A DNA stretch of 61,965 nt from Bacteroidota bacterium (GTDB taxonomy: Bacteria > Bacteroidota > Bacteroidia > Flavobacteriales > Flavobacteriaceae). Positions 53,611 to 61,965 of this stretch are shown piece by piece; positions within the stretch are counted from its first letter, which is position 1, and each line of letters opens with the position of its first letter. The notes beneath the pieces were generated by a model. That model searched no databases. It worked only from the letters and a program-made list of their open reading frames with translations, and was not told the origin of the DNA. The translations under genes and the position numbers were made by a program. Location of the stretch: contig CANFVB010000001.1 of assembly GCA_947450355.1 (NCBI GenBank), positions 1-61,965 of the forward strand, in the 5' to 3' direction.

Positions 53611-53627
53611 GAAAAATAGGTCTTGAA

Positions 53628-54197
53628 TTAGAATTTCAAATTTACTGTTAAATCGAAATCATCGTAGATTACTTTGTCACCTAAATTGTCGAAAAAGCTA
53701 CCTGAACCATATTTAATATCGTATTTCGTTCTGTTAATTTTTACGTTGGCAGTTGCAGAATTTGCAGTTGTTGCAAGGTCAAAAGTTACAGGATTTGTAA
53801 TTCCTTTGATAGTTAAATCAGCTGTTACAGAATAAATACCTTTTCCTTTAGCAGCAACAGTTTTGAAAACCAATGTAGAAGTTGGGAATTTTTCAGTACC
53901 AAAAAAATCTTCTGACTTCAAGTGACCGTCTAATTTTTCTTTTCCTTGACCTGCTTTTAAGTCAGTTGTTGTCATAGAAGTCATGTCAACAGTAAAATTT
54001 CCACCTACAACATTTTTTCCTTTGAAAGTTAAAGCACCTTCCTTAAGGTTTACAGTTCCTTCGTGTTGACCAGTTGCTTTTTTTGCCAACCAATTGATTG
54101 AACTTTTTGTTGCGTCAACTTTTTTTGTTTGTGCAGTTATTGTTGCTGTTCCGAAAGCTACTAATAATGCGATTGCAATTGTTTTTAAATTTTTCAT
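53628..54197 (-). CDS. YceI-family protein
   Basis: Signal peptide; LDGHLKSEDFF, DLTIKGIT, INRTKYDI. Confidence 0.92.
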   Translation of the reverse strand: MKNLKTIAIALLVAFGTATITAQTKKVDATKSSINWLAKKATGQHEGTVNLKEGALTFKGKNVVGGNFTVDMTSMTTTDLKAGQGKEKLDGHLKSEDFFGTEKFPTSTLVFKTVAAKGKGIYSVTADLTIKGITNPVTFDLATTANSATANVKINRTKYDIKYGSGSFFDNLGDKVIYDDFDLTVNLKF

Positions 54198-54222
54198 TGT
54201 TTAATTTGATTTTGGTTAATAA

Positions 54223-54855
54223 TTATAGTGTTAAAAATAAATCCTCGTTTGATTTTCGAACTTTTTTGTTGTGTTGAGTCGCATCATCTTCGTGACGGTA
54301 TCCAATTGTTGCAATAACCGCAGCATTAAGATTTAGGGTATCTAATCCTAATATTTCGTTGAATTTTTTTGCATCAAAACCTTCCATTGGCGTAGCGTCA
54401 ATTTTTAGTTCAGCGGCTGCATTAAGCAAATTACCAAGTGCTAAATAGGTTTGTTTTGCTGTCCAAATTGCTTTCATATCAGCAGGAATTGGGTTTACAG
54501 CACCTTTCATATAATCGCCAAAACCTGATAAAGCTTCAACTGGAACACCTCTTGTTTCGCTGACGTTTTTGATATAGGCATCGATATCAGAATCGTTTAC
54601 TACAGTTTGATTTGCAAAAACGATTACGTGTGATGCATCGGTAATTTGTGTTTGTACGTAAGCTGCGGGTAATAATTTAGCCTTTAATTCTGGGTTTTCA
54701 ATGATAATTACTTTGTAAAGTTGCAATCCAAAAGAAGAAGTGCTTAATCGAATTGCTTCTTTTAGCAGGTTTAAATCTTCAGAGGAGATTTTTTTAGTTG
54801 CATCGAATTTTTTTGTGGCATAACGCCAATTTTGATTTTCTAAGAATGTGCTCAT
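54223..54855 (-). CDS. Nitroreductase (NfsB-like NAD(P)H oxidoreductase)
   Basis: WRYATKKFD, SSFGLQ, IDATPMEGF, IGYR. Confidence 0.92.
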   Translation of the reverse strand: MSTFLENQNWRYATKKFDATKKISSEDLNLLKEAIRLSTSSFGLQLYKVIIIENPELKAKLLPAAYVQTQITDASHVIVFANQTVVNDSDIDAYIKNVSETRGVPVEALSGFGDYMKGAVNPIPADMKAIWTAKQTYLALGNLLNAAAELKIDATPMEGFDAKKFNEILGLDTLNLNAAVIATIGYRHEDDATQHNKKVRKSNEDLFLTL

Positions 54856-54870
54856 TTGTTATTTATTGAT

Positions 54871-55326
54871 TTATTGATTTCTAATTTTTTCTAAAAGGGA
54901 GTTCAATTGTCCCAATTCAGTATTGGATAAATTTTGAACTATTTTTTTTTCATAATCGATTACTTTTGGATCTAATTCTGTTAATACAGATAATCCTTTT
55001 TCAGTAATTAAAACGTCTATTTTTCTTCTATTTGATTTACAAACGGTTCGTGTTACCAATTCTTTTAAAAGTAATTTGTCAACTAAACGTGTGGTATTAC
55101 TGGTTTTAGCAAGCATTCGTTCTTGAATAACGCACATGTTCGCAGGATTTCCTTTTTGACCTCGTAATATTCGTAAAACATTATATTGTTCGCTTGACAA
55201 ATCAAAAGGCTTCAGTATTTCCGCAAAACGCTCGTGAATATCATTTTGAGTATAAATGATATTGAGCACCACTTTTTGAGAAGGTTCCATTGTTGCATTT
55301 GATTTTAAAGCTTCTTCAATTTTCAT
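54871..55326 (-). CDS. MarR-family transcriptional regulator
   Basis: QYNVLRILRG, SNTTRLVDKL, NRR...ITEKG. Confidence 0.92.
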   Translation of the reverse strand: MKIEEALKSNATMEPSQKVVLNIIYTQNDIHERFAEILKPFDLSSEQYNVLRILRGQKGNPANMCVIQERMLAKTSNTTRLVDKLLLKELVTRTVCKSNRRKIDVLITEKGLSVLTELDPKVIDYEKKIVQNLSNTELGQLNSLLEKIRNQ

Positions 55327-55327
55327 A

Positions 55328-55360
55328 ATTGTAGTTACAATATTTGTATGTACAAATTTA
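55328..55360 (-). promoter_or_regulatory. MarR operon promoter with two tandem palindromic operators
   Basis: ATTGTA-GT-TACAAT (55328..55341) and ATTTGTA-TG-TACAAAT (55342..55357) overlap a minus-strand TAAATTTG box (55353..55360). Confidence 0.65.
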
Positions 55361-55497
55361 CATCTAATATTCGATTTTGAAATATATAGATTTGTTATTT
55401 TTATGTTAATTAAATTCTACAATTCCCAATTTTTATAATTTGAACCTAAATCTTATGATTTATTAATATATTCGCATAAATTTTATATAAATACAAT

Positions 55498-58389
55498 ATG
55501 AAAAAAGTTAATTTATTCTTTTTTGCATTTACATTATTCAATACTTCAATTATTATAGGACAAGTAAATCCTAAGTTAAATGACAACGTTCCCTATCAAA
55601 AATATTTAAAATTTGAAGATGGTGGGATTAGTAAAGAAGAAGCAATTTTAGCTTTTTCAAAAGAATATAATTTAGAAAAAGGTTATACTTTTTTGGCTAA
55701 AAAAGCTACAAAAGATAAAATGCAAATGGTACATCAGCGGTACCAACAATTTTATAAAACTATAAAAATTGAATTTGGAATGCTAATTACTCACAGCTTA
55801 AACGACCACGCTATGTCAATAAACGGAGAATTGTATAATGCATCAGGGCTAAATTTAACACCAACTATAAATAATTCAGAAGCTTTTCAAATAGCTTTAT
55901 CTAATGTAAATGCTCAAAAATACTTATGGGAAGATGAATCTCAAGCAAAATTGATGGAATATCAAAAGCCATTAGGCGAGTTAGTGATTTTTCCATTAGT
56001 AAAAACTGGGGAAGTTCGTTTGGCGTATAAATTTGATATTTACTCTATAGATCCAATTTCAAGATCTGATATTTATGTTGATGCACACACAGGAGTTATT
56101 TTATTTAAAAATCTAATAATTAAGCATGCAAACGGCTATTTTTCTGATAAGCAGAATGCTGAAAAATTAAATAAATTTGAAGCTTTAGTTTCTGGAAATG
56201 CAGCTACAAGATATAGTGGTACTAAATCTATAGAAACAACATTTGATGCAACAGTAAACAAATATGTTTTGAAAGACTTTACGCGTGGAAATGGAATAGC
56301 TACTTATAATTGTGCTAGAACAATTAATTATCAAGATGTGAACTTTACTGATTTAGATAACAATTGGACTGCAGCTGAATTTCATAATACTAATAAAGAT
56401 GATGGCGCTTTAGATGCACATTGGGCAGCTGAAAAAACGTATGATTTTTGGAATACAAACTTTGGAAGGAATAGTTTTGATGATAATGGTTCAATGTTAA
56501 AAAGTTATGTCCATTATCGAAAAACGGCAAACGCAAATTTAGTAAATGCTTTTTGGAACGGAACAGTAATGAGTTATGGTGATGGAAATACAAGCACAAC
56601 AATTCTAACTTCTATTGATGTTTGTGGTCATGAGATAGGGCATGCAGTTTGTCAATATACTGCTGGATTAGCCTATCAAAATCAATCAGGCGCTATGAAC
56701 GAGGGTTTGTCAGACATTTGGGGAGCTTGTGTTGAGCATTATGGTCGTACGGGTTCGCTTTCGGGAACCCCTGTAAATGCAGTTTGGCAAATAGGAGAAG
56801 ATTTAAGTAGCACAGCTAATGCAATGCGTTCAATGAATAATCCAACATCAAAAGGTAATCCTGATACCTATTTAGGCACTAATTGGACAGCAACTGGAGA
56901 TGAAGGTTCGTGTGTGTCTGCTGCTGGAAATGATTATTGTGGGGTTCATAATAATAGTGGAGTGTTAAATCATTGGTTTTATATTTTAACCGCAGGAAAA
57001 TCGGGAACTAATAATGCCCCAAGCCCTGATATATACTCTGTTAATGGAATAGGGATGGTAAAATCTTCAGAAATTATTTATTTAGCAGAAAGAGATTATC
57101 TTACAGCAAATGCTACTTATTTAGATGCAAGAAATGCTACACTTTCTGTAGCTTCAAATTTATATTGTTCAACTAGTGCTGAGTTTATTGCAACTGCAAA
57201 TGCTTGGTATGCTGTGAATGTTGGTGATAAATATATTACTTATGCAAATGATGTTACATTAAAAAGTTTAAATAAAAACATCTCTTTTGCATGTAATACA
57301 AATTTTACTCCAGTAATTGTATTTGAAAATTCGGGAACAAACCCAATTTCATTAGTTAGTATCTCTTATTCGATTGATGGTGGTCCTTTAACAAATACTT
57401 CATGGTCAGGAAATTTAACGAATTGTTCAAACCAGAGTTTTACATTACCAACAATCTCAAATTTATCTGCGGGAACTCATGTTTTAAGCGTTACAACTTC
57501 AATAGTGAATGATGGTAATGTTACAAATAACACAAAAACATCTTATGTTCTCGCAAATGGATCTGGTGTTGTTAATGAAATTAATACGTTTGAAAATCCA
57601 ACAGATAACTTAATTGCAATTGATTCAAACGGTATGAGTAATATTATGTGGGAACGTGGACTTATTGGGGCTAAAACTAATTTTACTAATTTAATTGATG
57701 CAACAAATGTCTATGTAACCAAATTATCTGGTAATTATCCAGATAAGACAAAATCGTATTTGGTTTCAAAATGTTATGATTTGACTAATGTTTCAAGTCC
57801 TAAAGTTGAGTTTGATATGGGATTTGATTTAGAGCCAAATTTTGATATTTTATATTTACAAACTTCTTTAGATGGAGGTGTAACGTGGTCAAATTTAGGG
57901 ACTGGAATAAGTGCTGGATGGTATAATAACGATGGAATTCCAAATGCTACTGATTGTCAAAATTGTATGGGTGGTCAATGGACGGGTACTTTAGAAACTA
58001 AAAATCATTATGGTTATAATTTACCTTTATCATCAAATATAATGTTGCGTTTTGTAATGCAATCAGATGATGCAGTTAATAATGATGGCGTTTTTATAGA
58101 TAATTTTGCAATCACTGGAACTTTAGCTACAAATGAAAATAATTTAAATACTTTTACTGTTTATCCAAATCCATCAAAAGGAATTGTGACTATTAATTTA
58201 GACAAAGCTATTGATGTAAAAGTCAGTTTGTATGATTTAAGCGGTAGAAATATATATACTTCTACTTATAATAATTCAGTAAATAATTTTATAAAAGAAA
58301 TTAATTTCAATCCAATTTCGGAAGGTGTTTATATGTTAAATATTGAAGCGGATGGAAAGAAATTATCTAAAAAAATAGTAATAAAATAA
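55498..58389 (+). CDS. M4 (thermolysin-family) metalloprotease with T9SS type A C-terminal domain
   Basis: Propeptide; NAFW, HEIGH, GAMNEGLSD, GVHNNSG; C-terminal YPNP..GVYML..KIVIK. Confidence 0.93.
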   Translation: MKKVNLFFFAFTLFNTSIIIGQVNPKLNDNVPYQKYLKFEDGGISKEEAILAFSKEYNLEKGYTFLAKKATKDKMQMVHQRYQQFYKTIKIEFGMLITHSLNDHAMSINGELYNASGLNLTPTINNSEAFQIALSNVNAQKYLWEDESQAKLMEYQKPLGELVIFPLVKTGEVRLAYKFDIYSIDPISRSDIYVDAHTGVILFKNLIIKHANGYFSDKQNAEKLNKFEALVSGNAATRYSGTKSIETTFDATVNKYVLKDFTRGNGIATYNCARTINYQDVNFTDLDNNWTAAEFHNTNKDDGALDAHWAAEKTYDFWNTNFGRNSFDDNGSMLKSYVHYRKTANANLVNAFWNGTVMSYGDGNTSTTILTSIDVCGHEIGHAVCQYTAGLAYQNQSGAMNEGLSDIWGACVEHYGRTGSLSGTPVNAVWQIGEDLSSTANAMRSMNNPTSKGNPDTYLGTNWTATGDEGSCVSAAGNDYCGVHNNSGVLNHWFYILTAGKSGTNNAPSPDIYSVNGIGMVKSSEIIYLAERDYLTANATYLDARNATLSVASNLYCSTSAEFIATANAWYAVNVGDKYITYANDVTLKSLNKNISFACNTNFTPVIVFENSGTNPISLVSISYSIDGGPLTNTSWSGNLTNCSNQSFTLPTISNLSAGTHVLSVTTSIVNDGNVTNNTKTSYVLANGSGVVNEINTFENPTDNLIAIDSNGMSNIMWERGLIGAKTNFTNLIDATNVYVTKLSGNYPDKTKSYLVSKCYDLTNVSSPKVEFDMGFDLEPNFDILYLQTSLDGGVTWSNLGTGISAGWYNNDGIPNATDCQNCMGGQWTGTLETKNHYGYNLPLSSNIMLRFVMQSDDAVNNDGVFIDNFAITGTLATNENNLNTFTVYPNPSKGIVTINLDKAIDVKVSLYDLSGRNIYTSTYNNSVNNFIKEINFNPISEGVYMLNIEADGKKLSKKIVIK

Positions 58390-58393
58390 AACT

Positions 58394-58699
58394 ATGAATT
58401 TAGTGCAAGAAGTTTGGGTAGACCAATTAGAAAAGGACGAAAACGCAGTTGTTTTAGATGTTAGAACGGAAGACGAATGTAACGAAGGAATGATTCCTGA
58501 AGCAATAAATATTGATATATATAAAGGACAAGGATTTATTTATTTAATAGAAGAATTAGACAAATCAAAAAACTACTATATTTATTGTAAGTCTGGGGGA
58601 AGAAGTGGACAGGCTTGCTCAATTATGAAACAATTAGGTTTTGAAAACACTTATAATTTACTTGGTGGAATGATGGAGTGGAATGGAGAAGTGGTTTAA
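58394..58699 (+). CDS. Rhodanese-domain protein
   Basis: LDVRT..E, YCKSGGRS, YNLLGGMMEW. Confidence 0.9.
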   Translation: MNLVQEVWVDQLEKDENAVVLDVRTEDECNEGMIPEAINIDIYKGQGFIYLIEELDKSKNYYIYCKSGGRSGQACSIMKQLGFENTYNLLGGMMEWNGEVV

Positions 58700-58720
58700 A
58701 TATATTTTAGTTAGTCAATC

Positions 58721-58835
58721 TTGATATGCAAATAAAAAGTGGAGATTTAGTTCAGCGTCATTTTTGTAATTAAATTGATTATTAAATTCGTCAATAGTTG
58801 CATAGTTTATAGCTGAATTTATTTCTATTTTTTTA
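58721..58835 (-). mobile_element. Degenerate 3' end of an IS3-family element
   Basis: Minus frame reads SAINYATIDEFNNQFNYKN, like the IS3 OrfB C-terminal HSALNY..IEEF, followed by a TTTGCATATCAA terminus; assigned from recall of the motif. Confidence 0.5.
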
Positions 58836-58841
58836 TAAATC

Positions 58842-58968
58842 GAAAAAGCCTTTTTCAAATTTATTTGTTTGAGTCCAGAAAAGGGTTCTCCCACCTGCCG
58901 ACGACCGTTTTCTGGTCGGATAACCCTCATCCGACTCGCCGACGATTGATTTCTAGTTGGATACTGAA
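58842..58968. repeat. Second, short copy of the 41-bp repeat element with its leader (about 2 units)
   Basis: GAAAAAGCCTTTTTCAAATTTATTTGTTTGAGT(C/T)CAGAAAAGGGT matches 4281..4325 with one mismatch; followed by ACCTGCCGACGA..CGGAT..ATCCGAC..GCCGACGATTGATTTCT..GGATACTGA. Confidence 0.85.
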
Positions 58969-58989
58969 GTATTTCGCATATTTTTTTTC

Positions 58990-59087
58990 TTGCGCAACAA
59001 CCTCCTCATCCTTGTACAACAATAGTAACATTGTTGTACAACAAATACCTTGCCCTTGAGCAACATTTTTTTTTTGTTGCACAACAA
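58990..59087. repeat. Degenerate 21-22-bp-period repeat, core TTG(C/T/A)(A/G)CAACA x5
   Basis: Cores start at 58990, 59012, 59034, 59056, 59077. Confidence 0.7.
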
Positions 59088-59403
59088 TTACCATTGCGAA
59101 TAAAAAACAACGAGATTTGCCTTTAAAATGATGAAAACCGATAAATTATTGGGTGATTATTTGCCGAAAAGGCATAAAAAAAGCTCAGAAAAACGAAGTG
59201 TACCACGCGCCTGAGCTTGAGTTTTTTTACCGAAAACCTCGAGTAGTTCTAGCTATTCGAATTCGAATTATACTGTAAAAATATTGAAAATGATCGAAGA
59301 ACCAAACAATTTTAAGATTTTTTTATACTATTTTTCAAAATGTATTCATAACTAAACTAGGATGTAGAAAAATAGAATATATCCAAAATTGGGACATAAG
59401 CCT

Positions 59404-59499
59404 AAAAAAAAAGTCCCACCGAAGCAGGACTAAAGATTTTCATCTACGGCATATAGCCTTATTGTGATAAGATTAAAGATTAGAATAAAATTTCACAAT
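59404..59499 (-). ncRNA. tracrRNA, divergent from cas9
   Basis: Minus strand: anti-repeat ATTGTGAAATTTTATTCTAATCTTTAATCTTATCACAA, nexus TAAGGCTATATGCCG, terminal AGTCCTGC-TTCG-GTGGGACT + U-tract; TACATTTG -7 box at 59501..59508. Confidence 0.8.
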
Positions 59500-59621
59500 C
59501 CAAATGTAGGGTATTAATAATTAGAAACAAGCTAATAAAATATTTAATAATCAATTATTTTAATTCTACCTTTCAAGAAGTTTATGTAACCCCTCATAAA
59601 GACATTAAACGCCAATAAATT

Positions 59622-61965
59622 ATGACAAAAATATTAGGATTAGATTTGGGCACCAACTCCATTGGTTGGGCGATTGTGGAGAATGATAGTAACGATTTTT
59701 CACTTATTGATAAAGGAGTTCGTATTTTTTCTGAAGGTGTAAAAACTGAAAAAGGAATAGAAAGTTCAAAAGCTGCAGAACGAACTGGGTACAGAAGTGC
59801 CAGAAAAATTAAGTTTCGTAGGAAATTAAGAAAGTATGAAACATTAAAAGTGCTTTCGGAAAACAATATGTGTCCATTATCTGTAGAAGAAGTTATAGAA
59901 TGGCGAAAATCAGGTTTTAAAAAATATCCACTTAATCCTGAATTCATTAGTTGGTTACGAACCGATGATGATAAAAACATCAATCCTTATTATTTTAGAG
60001 ATAAAGCAAGTAAGAAAAAAGCAACTTTGTTAGAACTTGGAAGAGCATTATATCATATTGCGCAACGAAGAGGTTTTTTAAGCAATCGATTAGACCCATC
60101 AGCGGAAGGTATTATTGAACAACACAAACCTGCTTTAGAGGATATCATTGACAATGCTTTCTCATTTACTGAACTTCAAATTGAATTAACGGATTATTTT
60201 CAAAACCGTGATTTAATTGAGCGAAAAGCGGCTGATTTAGATGAGGGCGAAAAGAAATTGAAAACCATATATAATTCATTCCTTAAAACGATTAAAGATA
60301 ACGATAAAGATTTAGATAAAACCAAAACAGTTCTTTTAGAACGATTAAACAAAAAAGAGGATTTAGGTGTTGTGAAACAAAGAATCGGAGAGATTTCGCA
60401 AGCAATGAAAACGGGTAATTTTGCAACTTTAGGACAATATTTTTTTAGTCTATATAATAAAGGTAAAATTAGAAACCAATATACAGCGCGAGAAGAACAT
60501 TATCTTTCTGAATTTGAAGTTATTTGTTTGGCTCAAGGTATTGATGGGATTATAGCTACCGAAAAACTTCCCGAAAAAAGATATTTTGGATTAGCTAAAG
60601 AATTGTACAAAGCAATCTTTTTTCAAAGACCGTTAAAATCTCAAAAAGGCTTGATTGGTAAATGTACTTTTGAAAAAAGTAAGTCCCGATGTGCCGTTTC
60701 GCATCCCGATTTTGAGGAATACAGAATGTGGTGTTTTATCAATACTATTAAGATAAAAACGCCTGAAGATGAAAGTCTGCGATTTCTAACTAATGAAGAG
60801 CGTTTAAAAATTATTCCCAAGTTTTTGCGTAAAAAGGATAATTTTAATTTTGAAGATTTAGCAAAAGAATTAGTGCCAAGCGGAAGTAAATGTGCTTTTT
60901 ACAAATCATCAACTGCCACAACTTCTAATTACTTATTCAATTATAATTTAAATTCTTCCGTAAGTGGATGTGTGGTTTCAACTTCGTTTAAAAATGCGTT
61001 GGGTGATGATTGGAAAACTAAAAGCTACAGTTACGAAACACTCAATAAAAACGGTGAAAGAGTAACTCGAAATGTAGATTATAATGATTTATGGCATTTA
61101 ATTTCTGTTTCCACATCTGATTTATATTTAGAGGAATTTGCGAAAAACAATTTGAAATTAGACGATAAAAAAGCGGGTTTATTCAGTAAAATAAAGCTAA
61201 AGAAAGATTTTGCCAGTTTGAGTTTAACAGCAATCAATAAAATAAATCCATTTTTAAGAGAAGGTTTGTTGTATTCGCACGCTGTTTTTATGGCAAATAT
61301 CGAAAACATTGTTGATGTTGATATTTGGAAGAATTTGGACGATAGAAAACACATTCAAACTAAAATTGCAGCATTAATTGCAACAAATACATTTGATAAT
61401 AATTTATTAGAAATTGTAAATGGACTTATAAAAGAGTGTAAAAATGAAGCCTGTTATTATTCAAAAGAAGCAGAAGCCACTTTTAAATCAGATTTAGATA
61501 AAAAGGTGAGTTCTTTTGTGAAATTAAATAAAATTGAAGATCAAAAACAATCAATTATGGGACTTTTGTATCCCATCTTCATTGAACAACTCAAGAAATA
61601 TGAATTCATTTCTATAAAGCGATTAGATGAAAAAGTATTTGATTTTTTAGATGGGCAAAATGATGATGGTCAAGTTTTTTGTAACTCGAAGAACAAACTA
61701 AAAAAGTTGTATCATCCTTCGGACATTGATGTTTTTAGAAAACAAATAGTAAAAGATGGCAATGGAAATGAAAAATTGGTTTTAGGAAGTCCGTTAATTT
61801 CCTCTATCAAAAACCCAATGGCAATGCGTGCCTTACACCAATTGCGAAAAGTATTGAACGCTTTAATTATTGAAGGTCAAGTTGACGAAAAAACAAGAAT
61901 TCATATTGAAATGGCTCGAGAATTAAACGATGCCAATAAAAGAAAAGGAATTCAAGATTATCAAA
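59622..61965 (+). CDS. cas9: Type II CRISPR nuclease Cas9, large Bacteroidota II-C-like; first 781 codons, runs off the window
   Basis: MTKILGLDLGTNSIGW (RuvC-I D8), Arg-rich bridge helix ERTGYRSARKIKFRRKLRK, HIAQRRGF, FFQRPLKSQ, KNPMAMRAL..IHIEMARE (RuvC-II E763) all in one frame; no stop before the window end. Confidence 0.96.
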   Translation, partial: MTKILGLDLGTNSIGWAIVENDSNDFSLIDKGVRIFSEGVKTEKGIESSKAAERTGYRSARKIKFRRKLRKYETLKVLSENNMCPLSVEEVIEWRKSGFKKYPLNPEFISWLRTDDDKNINPYYFRDKASKKKATLLELGRALYHIAQRRGFLSNRLDPSAEGIIEQHKPALEDIIDNAFSFTELQIELTDYFQNRDLIERKAADLDEGEKKLKTIYNSFLKTIKDNDKDLDKTKTVLLERLNKKEDLGVVKQRIGEISQAMKTGNFATLGQYFFSLYNKGKIRNQYTAREEHYLSEFEVICLAQGIDGIIATEKLPEKRYFGLAKELYKAIFFQRPLKSQKGLIGKCTFEKSKSRCAVSHPDFEEYRMWCFINTIKIKTPEDESLRFLTNEERLKIIPKFLRKKDNFNFEDLAKELVPSGSKCAFYKSSTATTSNYLFNYNLNSSVSGCVVSTSFKNALGDDWKTKSYSYETLNKNGERVTRNVDYNDLWHLISVSTSDLYLEEFAKNNLKLDDKKAGLFSKIKLKKDFASLSLTAINKINPFLREGLLYSHAVFMANIENIVDVDIWKNLDDRKHIQTKIAALIATNTFDNNLLEIVNGLIKECKNEACYYSKEAEATFKSDLDKKVSSFVKLNKIEDQKQSIMGLLYPIFIEQLKKYEFISIKRLDEKVFDFLDGQNDDGQVFCNSKNKLKKLYHPSDIDVFRKQIVKDGNGNEKLVLGSPLISSIKNPMAMRALHQLRKVLNALIIEGQVDEKTRIHIEMARELNDANKRKGIQDYQ

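Noticed and set aside
58715-59059. ORFs 58715..58930 and 58865..59059 as genes
   Set aside because: Chimeric read-through of an IS remnant and repeats
59594-59983. Minus-strand ORFs 59594..59983 and 61079..61354 as anti-CRISPR or accessory genes
   Set aside because: Antisense to conserved cas9 coding sequence with no recognisable features

Overview
AT-rich Bacteroidota window, most likely Flavobacterium: T9SS cargo, TAnnTTTG promoters, and signal peptides cleaved before Gln. Housekeeping flanks (PRODH, rimK, TonB receptor, menE-like, M3 peptidase, trmD, rplS, icd on the left; lpxD, MutS-like, M1/M4 peptidases, MarR-nitroreductase-YceI on the right) enclose a ~28 kb co-oriented surface-protein locus (18.3-46.2 kb). 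The locus has a small PID-CTERM-like peptide, a T9SS cargo, an OmpA-family protein and 17 tandem paralogues sharing a Q(V/I)GIGT..P...LD..S..KG.L.PRM N-terminal module. Eleven paralogues carry a DUF3494 ice-binding domain that appears circularly permuted and inserted into a C1q/BclA-CTD-like head. One is the same head with no insert. Five carry 15-residue Gly-rich solenoid repeats with fibre-like ends. Both promoters of the locus share an identical 19-bp motif at the same spacing from the -7 box. At the right edge is a type II cas9 that runs off the window and is missing from the ORF track, with a divergent tracrRNA. Intergenic regions hold several REP/MITE-like elements, phased tandem repeats and two IS remnants. 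All family calls are by motif recognition; no searches were run.
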